Shown here: positions 1-7,568 of the stretch, piece after piece
How positions within the stretch are numbered: position 1 is the stretch's first letter
Layout: each line of letters begins with the position of its first letter
Assembly (NCBI GenBank): GCA_944383905.1
Contig: CALWRI010000003.1
Coordinates: 48,845 to 112,844, forward strand
Direction: 5' to 3'
From: an uncultured Christensenellaceae bacterium
GTDB lineage: Bacteria; Bacillota; Clostridia; Christensenellales; UBA3700
Length of the DNA stretch: 64,000 nucleotides
Notes under the pieces: model-generated
The model's database searches: none
The model's input: the letters and a program-made list of their open reading frames with translations, nothing else
What the model was told of the DNA's origin: nothing
Position numbers and translations under genes: made by a program

Positions 1-636
1 CCGTCCAATCTTCCGCCCGCGGGAGAGATCGACCATATGGAAGAACCCGTCGTCAAGGCGTTTCTCTACACTCCGCCCGAGTACGTCGGTCCGATCATGG
101 AGCTGTGCCAGGACAAGCGCGGCACATTCCTCGACATGACCTATCTCGAAACGACGAGAGTAAAGATAGAATACGAAATGCCGCTCAACGAGATAATCTA
201 CGACTTTTTCGACTCTCTCAAATCGCGCACGCGCGGCTATGCGAGTCTGGACTACGAGATAATAGGCTACAAGGAGAGCGATCTCGTAAAGCTGGATATA
301 CTTCTCAACGGCGAGATATGCGACGCGCTCAGTCTCATCGTACACAGGGACAAGGCTTACGCGAGGGGCAGGGGAATTGCGGAAAAGCTCAAAGAGGTCA
401 TTCCGAGACAGCTTTTCGAGATCCCGATACAGGCGGCGATAGGCGGCAAGGTCATCGCCCGCGAGACGGTCAAGGCAATGAGAAAAGACGTTCTCGCCAA
501 GTGTTACGGCGGAGACATAACCCGCAAGAAGAAGTTGCTCGAAAAGCAGAAAGAGGGCAAAAAACGTATGCGCCAGATAGGCTCCGTCGAGGTGCCGAGC
601 GAGGCGTTCATGACGATACTCAAGTTTGACAAATGA
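1..636 (+). CDS. lepA: Elongation factor 4 (LepA), C-terminal part; 5' end lies upstream of the window
   Basis: The frame is open from base 1. The tail ...[11 protein letters not shown]...[50 protein letters not shown]... is the conserved LepA C-terminal domain. hemW follows, as in Bacillus lepA-hemN synteny. Confidence 0.9.
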   Translation, partial: PSNLPPAGEIDHMEEPVVKAFLYTPPEYVGPIMELCQDKRGTFLDMTYLETTRVKIEYEMPLNEIIYDFFDSLKSRTRGYASLDYEIIGYKESDLVKLDILLNGEICDALSLIVHRDKAYARGRGIAEKLKEVIPRQLFEIPIQAAIGGKVIARETVKAMRKDVLAKCYGGDITRKKKLLEKQKEGKKRMRQIGSVEVPSEAFMTILKFDK

Positions 637-1748
637 GCGCTGCCGGGATATACGTTCACATACCTTTTTGTCGCTCGAAGTGCAGATACTGCGACTTTGT
701 TTCCGCTTGCGGGAGCGAGGAGAAACAGAGGAGATACGTCAAAGCGTTAGTGCGTGAAATCTACACGGGCAGGGAAATTTATCACGGCGAAGCCGACACC
801 TTGTATATAGGCGGAGGCACGCCGTCTTGTCTTTATAAAGGAGCGGTGCACGAGATCGTCAAGGCTCTCGACGACGCTTTTTCACCTTGTCTTAAGGAGT
901 TTACGACGGAGTGTAATCCCGACTCTTTCGACAGAGAAAAAGCGGCGGAGCTCAAGGACGCGGGAGTCACGAGGATAAGCCTCGGCGTGCAGTCTCTCGA
1001 CGACGGCGTTCTGAAAGCGCTCGGTCGCAGGCACGACTCGGAACAAGCGAAAGAAGCCGTGAGGCTGGCAGTCGCCTGCGGCTTTGACGTGAGCGCCGAC
1101 CTTATGCTCGGACTGCCCGGGCAGACGATGCAGGACGTGGCGTCCTTTTGCGACTTTGCGGCGGGAGAGGGAGTAGCTCACGTTTCGGCATATATGCTCA
1201 AAGTCGAGGAGGGCACGCCGCTTGCGCGCGACGTCGAAAACGGGCTCGAGTTGCCGTCGGACGACGAAAGCGCGGAGATTTACGACTTTGCGTATTCGAC
1301 GCTGTCGAAACTCGGATACGAGCGCTACGAGACGAGCAATTTTTGCAGGCGCGGCAAGCGCTGTCTGCACAATATGAAGTATTGGACAATGGGCGATTAT
1401 CTCGCTTTCGGAGTCGCGGCGCACGGCAAGATCGGCAATAGGAGATATTTTAACTGCGGCGACGTCGACGAATACGTCGAAGCGGTCGAAAGCGGCGCGC
1501 ACGTTTACGAGACGGAGGAGATGTTGAGCGAGGACGACGTAATCGAAGAAAGCGTGATGCTCGGACTGCGCCTCTCCGACGGAGTCGACGTCTCGACGCT
1601 CGGGCGCAGATTTTCTTTCCGTTTCGAAGACAGATACGCAAAAGCATTGAAAGAAGCGGAAAAATACATCGTTTTCAAGGACGGAACTTTGAAGATAAAA
1701 GACGAATACGCGCTTGTCGCAAACGCGATAATAGGAATGTTCGTCTGA
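633..1748 (+). CDS. hemW: Radical-SAM heme chaperone HemW (oxygen-independent coproporphyrinogen III oxidase-like)
   Basis: 371 aa with the N-terminal CxxxCxxC motif (CRSKCRYC) and a GGGTPS box. An ATGA start/stop overlap links it to lepA. Confidence 0.85.
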   Translation: MSAAGIYVHIPFCRSKCRYCDFVSACGSEEKQRRYVKALVREIYTGREIYHGEADTLYIGGGTPSCLYKGAVHEIVKALDDAFSPCLKEFTTECNPDSFDREKAAELKDAGVTRISLGVQSLDDGVLKALGRRHDSEQAKEAVRLAVACGFDVSADLMLGLPGQTMQDVASFCDFAAGEGVAHVSAYMLKVEEGTPLARDVENGLELPSDDESAEIYDFAYSTLSKLGYERYETSNFCRRGKRCLHNMKYWTMGDYLAFGVAAHGKIGNRRYFNCGDVDEYVEAVESGAHVYETEEMLSEDDVIEESVMLGLRLSDGVDVSTLGRRFSFRFEDRYAKALKEAEKYIVFKDGTLKIKDEYALVANAIIGMFV

Positions 1749-1779
1749 CCTGCGGACTCGTCGTATACGGTATTTAAGA

Positions 1780-1812
1780 GAAAAAGCGGAACTTGCGTCC
1801 CGCTTTCTTTTT
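1780..1812. terminator. Bidirectional intrinsic terminator (hemW / zinc-ribbon ORF)
   Basis: AGCGGAAC-ttgc-GTCCCGCT stem, flanked by an A-run upstream and a T-run downstream. Confidence 0.7.
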
Positions 1813-1959
1813 TTAGTCCTTGGTAAAAGTCGTGTTGCTGCAGTTGGGGCAAGGCGGCATTTTGTCTTCCATGCCCAGCTTCAGACTGAAGCCGCAGTTG
1901 GTGCAGACGTAATTGCCCTTGCCGGGCTTGGAACCCGTGCTGTACTGTTGAGTCTTCAT
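1813..1959 (-). CDS. Small zinc-ribbon protein (48 aa), absent from the ORF track
   Basis: The reverse-strand ORF reads MKTQQYSTGSKPGKGNYVCTNCGFSLKLGMEDKMPPCPNCSNTTFTKD and has two CxxC pairs. AAGGAGG lies about 8 nt upstream of the ATG. The stop abuts a bidirectional terminator. Confidence 0.6.
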   Translation of the reverse strand: MKTQQYSTGSKPGKGNYVCTNCGFSLKLGMEDKMPPCPNCSNTTFTKD

Positions 1960-2081
1960 AGCGTTTACCTCCTTTGCACACTCGTGCTATGTAGGGAGCC
2001 TGTCGCAAAATATTATTTACGAGACATTCAAAATATATTCAAATACTTGCGCGACAATCTCGTTTGTTATATCATAGTAAT

Positions 2082-3113
2082 ATGGGAAAGAAGAAGAAAG
2101 AGGCGGTCGCGGTCGACGGTAACGGCGCGGCTGTCGCAAAGAGTGAGTCAAAGTTTACCAAATTCAAGCGCAGGAAGCGCATATTGTTTTTGTGCTTCAA
2201 TTTCGTCTATATACTTGCGTATATGGCGTATACGGCTTACACGCTTATCAGTCAGAACGCGGGCATATTCTGGTTGCCTTACGCGTTCGGCGGGTTTATA
2301 GTAGTGTATCTCGTGTTGTTTGTCATATCGCTCGCAATGGCGAAAAACGAGAGACGGCAGGAAAACGCCGTGAAGGATTACAAGAGCGGGCTGAAGATAA
2401 TCAAAAAACTTCTCAAGCTCATCAATCTCGCTCTTGCGATCGCGGTCGTAGCAAATACCGTGGCGATCGGCGGGATCAACCTGTTTTCGCTCATCTTGTC
2501 ATGCGTGTCTGTGCTGTACGTCGTGATACAGATTTTCAGAGAGATACGCAAGATGGTCAAACGTCGCAAAAAACTCAAGATAAAAGAGCAGAAAGAGGAT
2601 TGCGACAAGCGTTTTATGAACGACGTGAAAAACATTTGGTACGGCAAGGATAAAGGCGGAGACGAAAAAACCGCGGATAGCGTTGACGAGGTCGCCGCCG
2701 CGCCTGTCGGCGAGTCCGGTGAAGAATCCGAATTTTTCGAAGAGTCGAGCGCTTCCGTCCCCGAAGCAGAAGTCGTTGCGTCGGGCGGAGAAGAGGCGAT
2801 TGCCGAAGATGAAGAAGTCAAAGCACCCGTCGCCGCATCGGAAAAGAAAAAGAGCGCGATCGAAAAGAAGTTTTCGGAATTCGGAAAAGTTGCCAACAAG
2901 AAATTCAACGAGGTAAAAAAGACGGCAACAGATAAATTCGAGTCTGTAAAAAAGTCCGCTACCGAAAAGGCGGGCGCCGTAAAGGACACCGCGGAAAGAG
3001 CCAAAAAGATAAGCGAACGCGCGAAAGAATATTACGACGAGCGCAAACAGATAGGCAAAAAGCCCGCGAAGACCTCAAAGGACAAGTTTTCCGACAAGAG
3101 CAAAAACAAATGA
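2082..3113 (+). CDS. Hypothetical membrane protein with a Lys-rich, 11-residue-periodic C-terminal tail
   Basis: I take ATG 2082 as the start (the ORF track begins at TTG 2064). The protein has a basic N-terminus and about four hydrophobic segments, then an acidic linker. The tail is repetitive: KKFNEVKKTAT / DKFESVKKSAT / EKAGAVKDTAE / RAKKISERAKE. Its stop overlaps the next start (ATGA). Confidence 0.6.
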   Translation: MGKKKKEAVAVDGNGAAVAKSESKFTKFKRRKRILFLCFNFVYILAYMAYTAYTLISQNAGIFWLPYAFGGFIVVYLVLFVISLAMAKNERRQENAVKDYKSGLKIIKKLLKLINLALAIAVVANTVAIGGINLFSLILSCVSVLYVVIQIFREIRKMVKRRKKLKIKEQKEDCDKRFMNDVKNIWYGKDKGGDEKTADSVDEVAAAPVGESGEESEFFEESSASVPEAEVVASGGEEAIAEDEEVKAPVAASEKKKSAIEKKFSEFGKVANKKFNEVKKTATDKFESVKKSATEKAGAVKDTAERAKKISERAKEYYDERKQIGKKPAKTSKDKFSDKSKNK

Positions 3114-3562
3114 ATATAATAAAAATAATTACGAGAGAAGGAAAGTCGGAGGCAATCTCTCTGATCGGGGAGACGTTTGACGAATTCGACGCTTCTTACT
3201 ACACAAGGCAGGGCGCGGATAAATTCCACGCCTTTTTCCGCGACGAAAAGAATTTTGAAGACTGTGAATTTTTCGGCGCGTTCGAGGAGGATAACGACGA
3301 ATTGCTCGGAGTGATCGTCACAAAAGACAATCGCAGGCACATCGTTGCGTTTTTCGTCAGAGGTAGGCACCACAAAAAAGGGATCGGCAAGGCGCTGTTC
3401 GGATACGTCGTGAGCAGCAGGAAGGGCAACAGGACTATCACCGTCAACGCCGCCCCTTACGCGACGGAGATATATCACAGGCTCGGCTTTACCGATACAG
3501 ACGCGATGAAAGAGGACGGCGGACTGAAATATACGCCGATGAAATACGAGATAAAGGACTGA
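3110..3562 (+). CDS. GNAT-family N-acetyltransferase
   Basis: 150 aa with the acetyl-CoA-loop-like motif VRGRHHKKGIGKALF and a C-terminal ...YHRLGF... Translationally coupled to the upstream gene. Confidence 0.75.
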   Translation: MNIIKIITREGKSEAISLIGETFDEFDASYYTRQGADKFHAFFRDEKNFEDCEFFGAFEEDNDELLGVIVTKDNRRHIVAFFVRGRHHKKGIGKALFGYVVSSRKGNRTITVNAAPYATEIYHRLGFTDTDAMKEDGGLKYTPMKYEIKD

Positions 3563-3568
3563 AACGAA

Positions 3569-3605
3569 AAACGCCGACGGATAGCCCGTCGGCGTTTGGT
3601 TTTGC
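3569..3605. terminator. Bidirectional intrinsic terminator (GNAT / M28 peptidase)
   Basis: 12-bp stem AAACGCCGACGG-atagc-CCGTCGGCGTTT between convergent genes. Confidence 0.8.
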
Positions 3606-3618
3606 CTTGATCGTGTTG

Positions 3619-4836
3619 TCAGGATAAACCTTTTTCGTCGTATTCGTTTATGAAATCCACGGTGATGTCAAGCACTTTGGACAGACATTCGGGACTTAAG
3701 TTGTCGTAATTGTCGAGACGGGTGTGGTAATACTCCTTGACTTCGGGAGCCATTGCCGCGATGCAGGCGGACTTTCTTCCTGCCTGCGCAAACGCCGCCG
3801 CGTCCGTCGCACCCGCGTAGACGCTGCCGTATTTTAGCTCCATACCGTTTTTCGCCGCAGCGCGCTTTATGAGCTCGCAGGTCGGCATATCCAGTTTTAC
3901 CGTACCGTTGAGGTCCTTGTTGTATATCACGAGATGTTCCAGCTCGCGCAAAGTTTCGTAGGTGACGTAGACGGTCTCGACGTCCTTCCAGATCTCGGGA
4001 TTGTTGCGGCAGAAGAATTTTGCCCCGCGCAGTCCCGCTTCTTCCGATCCGGTTACGAGCGCGACGACTTCGGTATTCTCGAGGCGTATGCCGTTTTCGT
4101 GCATGAGCTTGAGCACCGCGATGGACATATAGCATGCGGTCAGATTGTCGTTTGCTCCGGGAACGGGTCTCCTGATGTCGGAGAAGAGGAAGAAAGCAAT
4201 ATAAAAGGGTACGAAGATCACCGAGGCTATGCCCAGGTAGAGGGGTACGCCTTCTGGCGTGCCGATGACTCTGCCGTTGACGACGCAGGCGATGATCACG
4301 CATCCGAGCAGATATATCACGCCGATTATCGGTATGATTATGCTTGTAAGAAAGAGCTTGTATCCGCCGACGTAATGCCAATGCCATTCGTAAGTCGCGT
4401 CGGAGTGTCCGTTGAGAACTATGCGGCGTTTGAGCTCGCCCTTCGGTTTAATGCCGCCCCATACGTTGCCCGATTCACGTTTTTTGAAGAGCCAGTCTAT
4501 CGTCTCGCGGTAGAACACGAACTGACCCACCATCGGTATCAGCGCGAGAAGTATGCAGGCGATGCTGACGATGGGCGCGAAGAAATAAACGATAATGCCC
4601 AGCATCATAAATACGCCGACGAAATAAGTCCAGCCGAAAAATGCGTGGGGAGCCACTTTGAAACTCTCGCCGTGAGAATCGTCGCCGTATTCCGCAATCT
4701 GCGACTTCATGTATTCGAGGGCTTTGCGCTCTCCGTCGTTGCCCGGGTCGCGAGGACCGAAGTCTTTGACGACGTGTTCGATCTCGTCGCAAATGAACTT
4801 TACGGCGTCGCCTTTTTGCTGTCTGGTAAAATCCAT
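3619..4836 (-). CDS. Membrane-embedded M28-family metallopeptidase (aminopeptidase-like)
   Basis: 405 aa with M28 ligand-type motifs NGHSD, PGANDN, GSEEAGLRGA and YYHT. There are about four hydrophobic helices. An AGAGGTGG ribosome-binding site precedes the start. Confidence 0.7.
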   Translation of the reverse strand: MDFTRQQKGDAVKFICDEIEHVVKDFGPRDPGNDGERKALEYMKSQIAEYGDDSHGESFKVAPHAFFGWTYFVGVFMMLGIIVYFFAPIVSIACILLALIPMVGQFVFYRETIDWLFKKRESGNVWGGIKPKGELKRRIVLNGHSDATYEWHWHYVGGYKLFLTSIIIPIIGVIYLLGCVIIACVVNGRVIGTPEGVPLYLGIASVIFVPFYIAFFLFSDIRRPVPGANDNLTACYMSIAVLKLMHENGIRLENTEVVALVTGSEEAGLRGAKFFCRNNPEIWKDVETVYVTYETLRELEHLVIYNKDLNGTVKLDMPTCELIKRAAAKNGMELKYGSVYAGATDAAAFAQAGRKSACIAAMAPEVKEYYHTRLDNYDNLSPECLSKVLDITVDFINEYDEKGLS

Positions 4837-5018
4837 AATCCACCTCTGTTACATATAATACAAATATTATACAATATGTTTTTAGCGCTTGTCTATACAA
4901 AAATTAAGTTTTTTCGTTTTCTCCTCTCGGTGTTCAGGGATATAAACAAGGTGCGTTTACAATTATTTTACTTGCATACCGCAGTGATGTATGAGATAAT
5001 ATATTAAAGGTAAAAAAT

Positions 5019-5333
5019 ATGAAGAAAAAACTCGTTCTGATAACCGTACTGATCGTTTTGGCAGCCGTGCTCGCAAGCGCGACGTGCTTCGCGGCGGAAG
5101 AAGCCAATATCAAACCCGTAAAGGATATGGGAGATATATTCTTTTATATCCTCGCCGCAGTGCTCGTCATTGCGGTGATAGCTATTTTTGCGGTGTTCAG
5201 GTACAGCAAAAAGTTTGTCATAAGAGAAAGAGAAAGACTCATCGAGCAAAAGAAAGAATACGTCCCCGCAAAGGAGATCCGCATCCTCGACAAAAACGAA
5301 GCGGAAAAAACAGCGGCGACGAAAAAGAGCTGA
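5019..5333 (+). CDS. Small single-pass membrane protein (signal peptide, one transmembrane helix, basic tail)
   Basis: 104 aa. The N-terminal signal-like segment ends in CFA-AEE. A second hydrophobic helix (FFYILAAVLVIAVIAIFAVF) is followed by a K/E/R-rich tail. The gene has its own promoter-like -10 (GATAAT) and its own terminator. Confidence 0.5.
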   Translation: MKKKLVLITVLIVLAAVLASATCFAAEEANIKPVKDMGDIFFYILAAVLVIAVIAIFAVFRYSKKFVIRERERLIEQKKEYVPAKEIRILDKNEAEKTAATKKS

Positions 5334-5352
5334 CCGCACGACTTTTCCCGCG

Positions 5353-5380
5353 TTCCTCCGGAAGGGGGAATTTTTATTTA
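5353..5380 (+). terminator. Intrinsic terminator after the 104-aa membrane protein
   Basis: TTCCTCC-ggaa-GGGGGAA followed by TTTTTATTT. Confidence 0.6.
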
Positions 5381-5443
5381 TTGTTGAAAAGCGCGGGCAG
5401 ACATGATATAATGGTAAGGAAATAAACTTACGGGGGACAAACC

Positions 5444-5866
5444 GTGAAGAAGAAAAAAACAATGATCGCTCTTGTCGTACTTGTCGTCGCGCTTGCGACG
5501 CTCTGCGCCTGCGTGCCGAGCAGAGATGCGTGCAAGACCAAGTACGAGAACGCCGGATACAAAACGACTCCGCTTTCGGCAAACACTCTCGATCTTTCGG
5601 GAGAGGACGTCGACTATATCTATTGCGGGGTGAGAGAGGCGTCCGAAGATTATATCAGGGTAGTCTGCTTCAAAAAGAAAGACAAGGCGACCGAGTATGC
5701 CGAAAAGGTGAATGCGGAATACGACGAAGGTCCTTATATTGTGGAACAGCACGGCAAAGTCGTACTTGTCGGATCGCAGAACGCGATCGACATTTACAAC
5801 AACAAAGGCGGGCTCGTCGAAGACGGCGCCGGCAACGACGAGGGCGGGGAAGAAACCGCGGAATAA
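5444..5866 (+). CDS. Small lipoprotein, paralog 1 of a three-member family
   Basis: GTG start with a GGGGG ribosome-binding site. The lipobox is LCAC. It shares the family anchors KYENAGY, VVCFKKKDKATEYAEK and G..V.VGS..A.D.Y with the ORFs at 6227 and 7001. Confidence 0.6.
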   Translation: MKKKKTMIALVVLVVALATLCACVPSRDACKTKYENAGYKTTPLSANTLDLSGEDVDYIYCGVREASEDYIRVVCFKKKDKATEYAEKVNAEYDEGPYIVEQHGKVVLVGSQNAIDIYNNKGGLVEDGAGNDEGGEETAE

Positions 5867-5908
5867 ACGCTTTGCAAAAGGCGCGAAACAACTGAAAATA
5901 TAACTGCT

Positions 5909-5934
5909 GCCGCGGCTGTCCGCGGCGCTTTTTT
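5909..5934 (+). terminator. Intrinsic terminator after lipoprotein paralog 1
   Basis: GCCGCGG-ctgt-CCGCGGC followed by GCTTTTTT. Confidence 0.8.
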
Positions 5935-6226
5935 AATGTTTACGGTTTTGTAAAGATAGGCGGTCTCGTTTATGGTCGCGTTTTTTCGAAAAAATCGCCG
6001 CGTTTACTTTTCAGGGCAATGTCCCCGAAGTACAGGCGGAATATTTCCGTGCGTATCGTACAATGTGTGCATAAATATACAAGGATCGGCGAAAAGACAG
6101 AAAAATAAAACGATTATACGCATAAACTTAAAATATTAATCTTCTTTTCATAAATTTTACATTATTTTCTTGAAAGTTTATAAACGCAATGCTATAATTA
6201 ATGTATCTTAACCTGAGGAGGTTTTT

Positions 6227-6613
6227 ATGAAGAAGTTTATTACGGTTACATCTATAGTCGTACTCGCGATCGTTCTCGCGACTATGCTTATGGCTTGTAC
6301 GCCCAGCGAAGAATCGCTCACCAAGAAGTATGAAGAGGAAGGATACACCGTTACGAGCGTAGATTCCGATAAAGCACAGGAATATCTCGATAAATATCTG
6401 GAAGAAGATTCTGAAGAAATTCCCGTGAAATACGTACTTGTCGTGACCGACGGCGTTTTTGGTATCAATGTCGTACCCGTATGCGTTGTTATCTGCTTTA
6501 AGAATTCCGACGATGCGAAAGCGGCATACGAAGGAAATGAAGATTCGGATACCGTCAAGAAAAAGGGCAACGCTATTGCTTTCGGTACGGCAAAAGCTTT
6601 GGAACTGTTCTGA
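6227..6613 (+). CDS. Small lipoprotein, paralog 2
   Basis: Strong GAGGAGG ribosome-binding site and lipobox LMAC. Family anchors are KYEEEGY, VICFKNSDDAKAAYE and ...AFGTAKALELF. A TTGAAA-N17-TATAAT promoter lies upstream and a terminator downstream. Confidence 0.65.
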   Translation: MKKFITVTSIVVLAIVLATMLMACTPSEESLTKKYEEEGYTVTSVDSDKAQEYLDKYLEEDSEEIPVKYVLVVTDGVFGINVVPVCVVICFKNSDDAKAAYEGNEDSDTVKKKGNAIAFGTAKALELF

Positions 6614-6635
6614 TAATCAAAACGTACAAAAAAAT

Positions 6636-6663
6636 ACGGGCGCGAAAGCGTCCGTTTTTTTTT
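6636..6663 (+). terminator. Intrinsic terminator after lipoprotein paralog 2
   Basis: ACGGGCGC-gaaa-GCGTCCGT followed by a T9 run. Confidence 0.8.
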
Positions 6664-6964
6664 GACCCGGCTGTATTGCGGCAAAATTTTAAACCGTTCG
6701 GGTCGGGAGATCGAGAGGTCGGGGAAAAGACACGGGCTTTATCGCGGCATTGAATACGGTTAAAATATCTTTAAAAATAAATATCTTACCGGACAAGACC
6801 TTGAACGGCGCCGGCTGATATCGGCAGACAGTGGTCTTTTTATATTTAAAGACGGCAAAAAATCTGCCGCAGTCATATTTGTTATTTACTGCTTTTGTCG
6901 GGAGAAAATACCGGCAAACAGAGTAATTGAGTAGAAAAGCAGCGATTTTTATTGTCAATAAAAG

Positions 6965-6993
6965 TTGCAACGCGAGTCAAAAAAAGTTATAAT
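6965..6993 (+). promoter_or_regulatory. Promoter giving a leaderless transcript for lipoprotein paralog 3
   Basis: TTGCAA-N17-TATAAT, then 7 nt (TTGATGT) to ATG 7001. Confidence 0.55.
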
Positions 6994-7000
6994 TTGATGT

Positions 7001-7366
7001 ATGAACAAAAGAAGAGCGTTTTGGGTAATATTGATAGCGATCGCGGCGGCGGTAATGCTGACGTTCGTTTCGTGCGCGACGGAAGAATCCGCCCTGAAAG
7101 AAAAGTATGAGCAGGCGGGCTTTGACGCACAGGCTTTCCCTTTCGAAAAGGCAGACGTCGACAAAGATCTCGTCGATTTTGCCTATCACGGCATCAAAAA
7201 TGCAAATTCGTCCAACGTGGAACAGGTATTTGTAATCACGTTCAAAAGCATTGACGAAGCGAAGACTTATTTTGAAAAACACGTCAAAGACCAAGACAAA
7301 CCCAACATGATAAGATACGGCAGGGCGGTCGTTTACGGAAGCAAGGAAGCCGTGGATCTTTATTGA
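7001..7366 (+). CDS. Small lipoprotein, paralog 3 (apparently leaderless)
   Basis: Lipobox FVSC. Family anchors are KYEQAGF, VITFKSIDEAKTYFEK and ...VYGSKEAVDLY. There is no SD; TATAAT ends 7 nt before the ATG. Confidence 0.6.
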   Translation: MNKRRAFWVILIAIAAAVMLTFVSCATEESALKEKYEQAGFDAQAFPFEKADVDKDLVDFAYHGIKNANSSNVEQVFVITFKSIDEAKTYFEKHVKDQDKPNMIRYGRAVVYGSKEAVDLY

Positions 7367-7394
7367 GACCTCAGTCCGGCAGAAATTTTCAGCA

Positions 7395-7418
7395 AAAGTC
7401 CCGACGAGGGACTTTTTT
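7395..7418 (+). terminator. Intrinsic terminator after lipoprotein paralog 3
   Basis: AAAGTCCC-gacga-GGGACTTT followed by TTT. Confidence 0.8.
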
Positions 7419-7568
7419 ACTGCGTTTTTTGCGACGCCGTTACAACGCGGAGGCTTCATGAAGACGTCAGTCATTCTCGGGAGACGGTCAAAAGCGCGGG
7501 CGTTTTGTTTGACTTGGAGATATATTTATATTATAATAAAATTCCGAATTAATTTTGAGGTTGGTTTT

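Noticed and set aside
2064-2084. Leaderless geometry for the 2082 membrane-protein gene (TGtTATATC, then 8 nt, then ATG)
   Set aside because: The -10 is weaker, there is no good -35, and the start codon (TTG 2064 versus ATG 2082) is itself uncertain. I mention it only as a possible additional example, not as a call.
6689-6970. A 93-aa minus-strand ORF in the spacer before lipoprotein paralog 3
   Set aside because: It has no ribosome-binding site and an AT-rich composition unlike the local coding DNA, and it overlaps the promoter of the 7001 gene. It is probably a chance ORF, though I cannot exclude a small protein.
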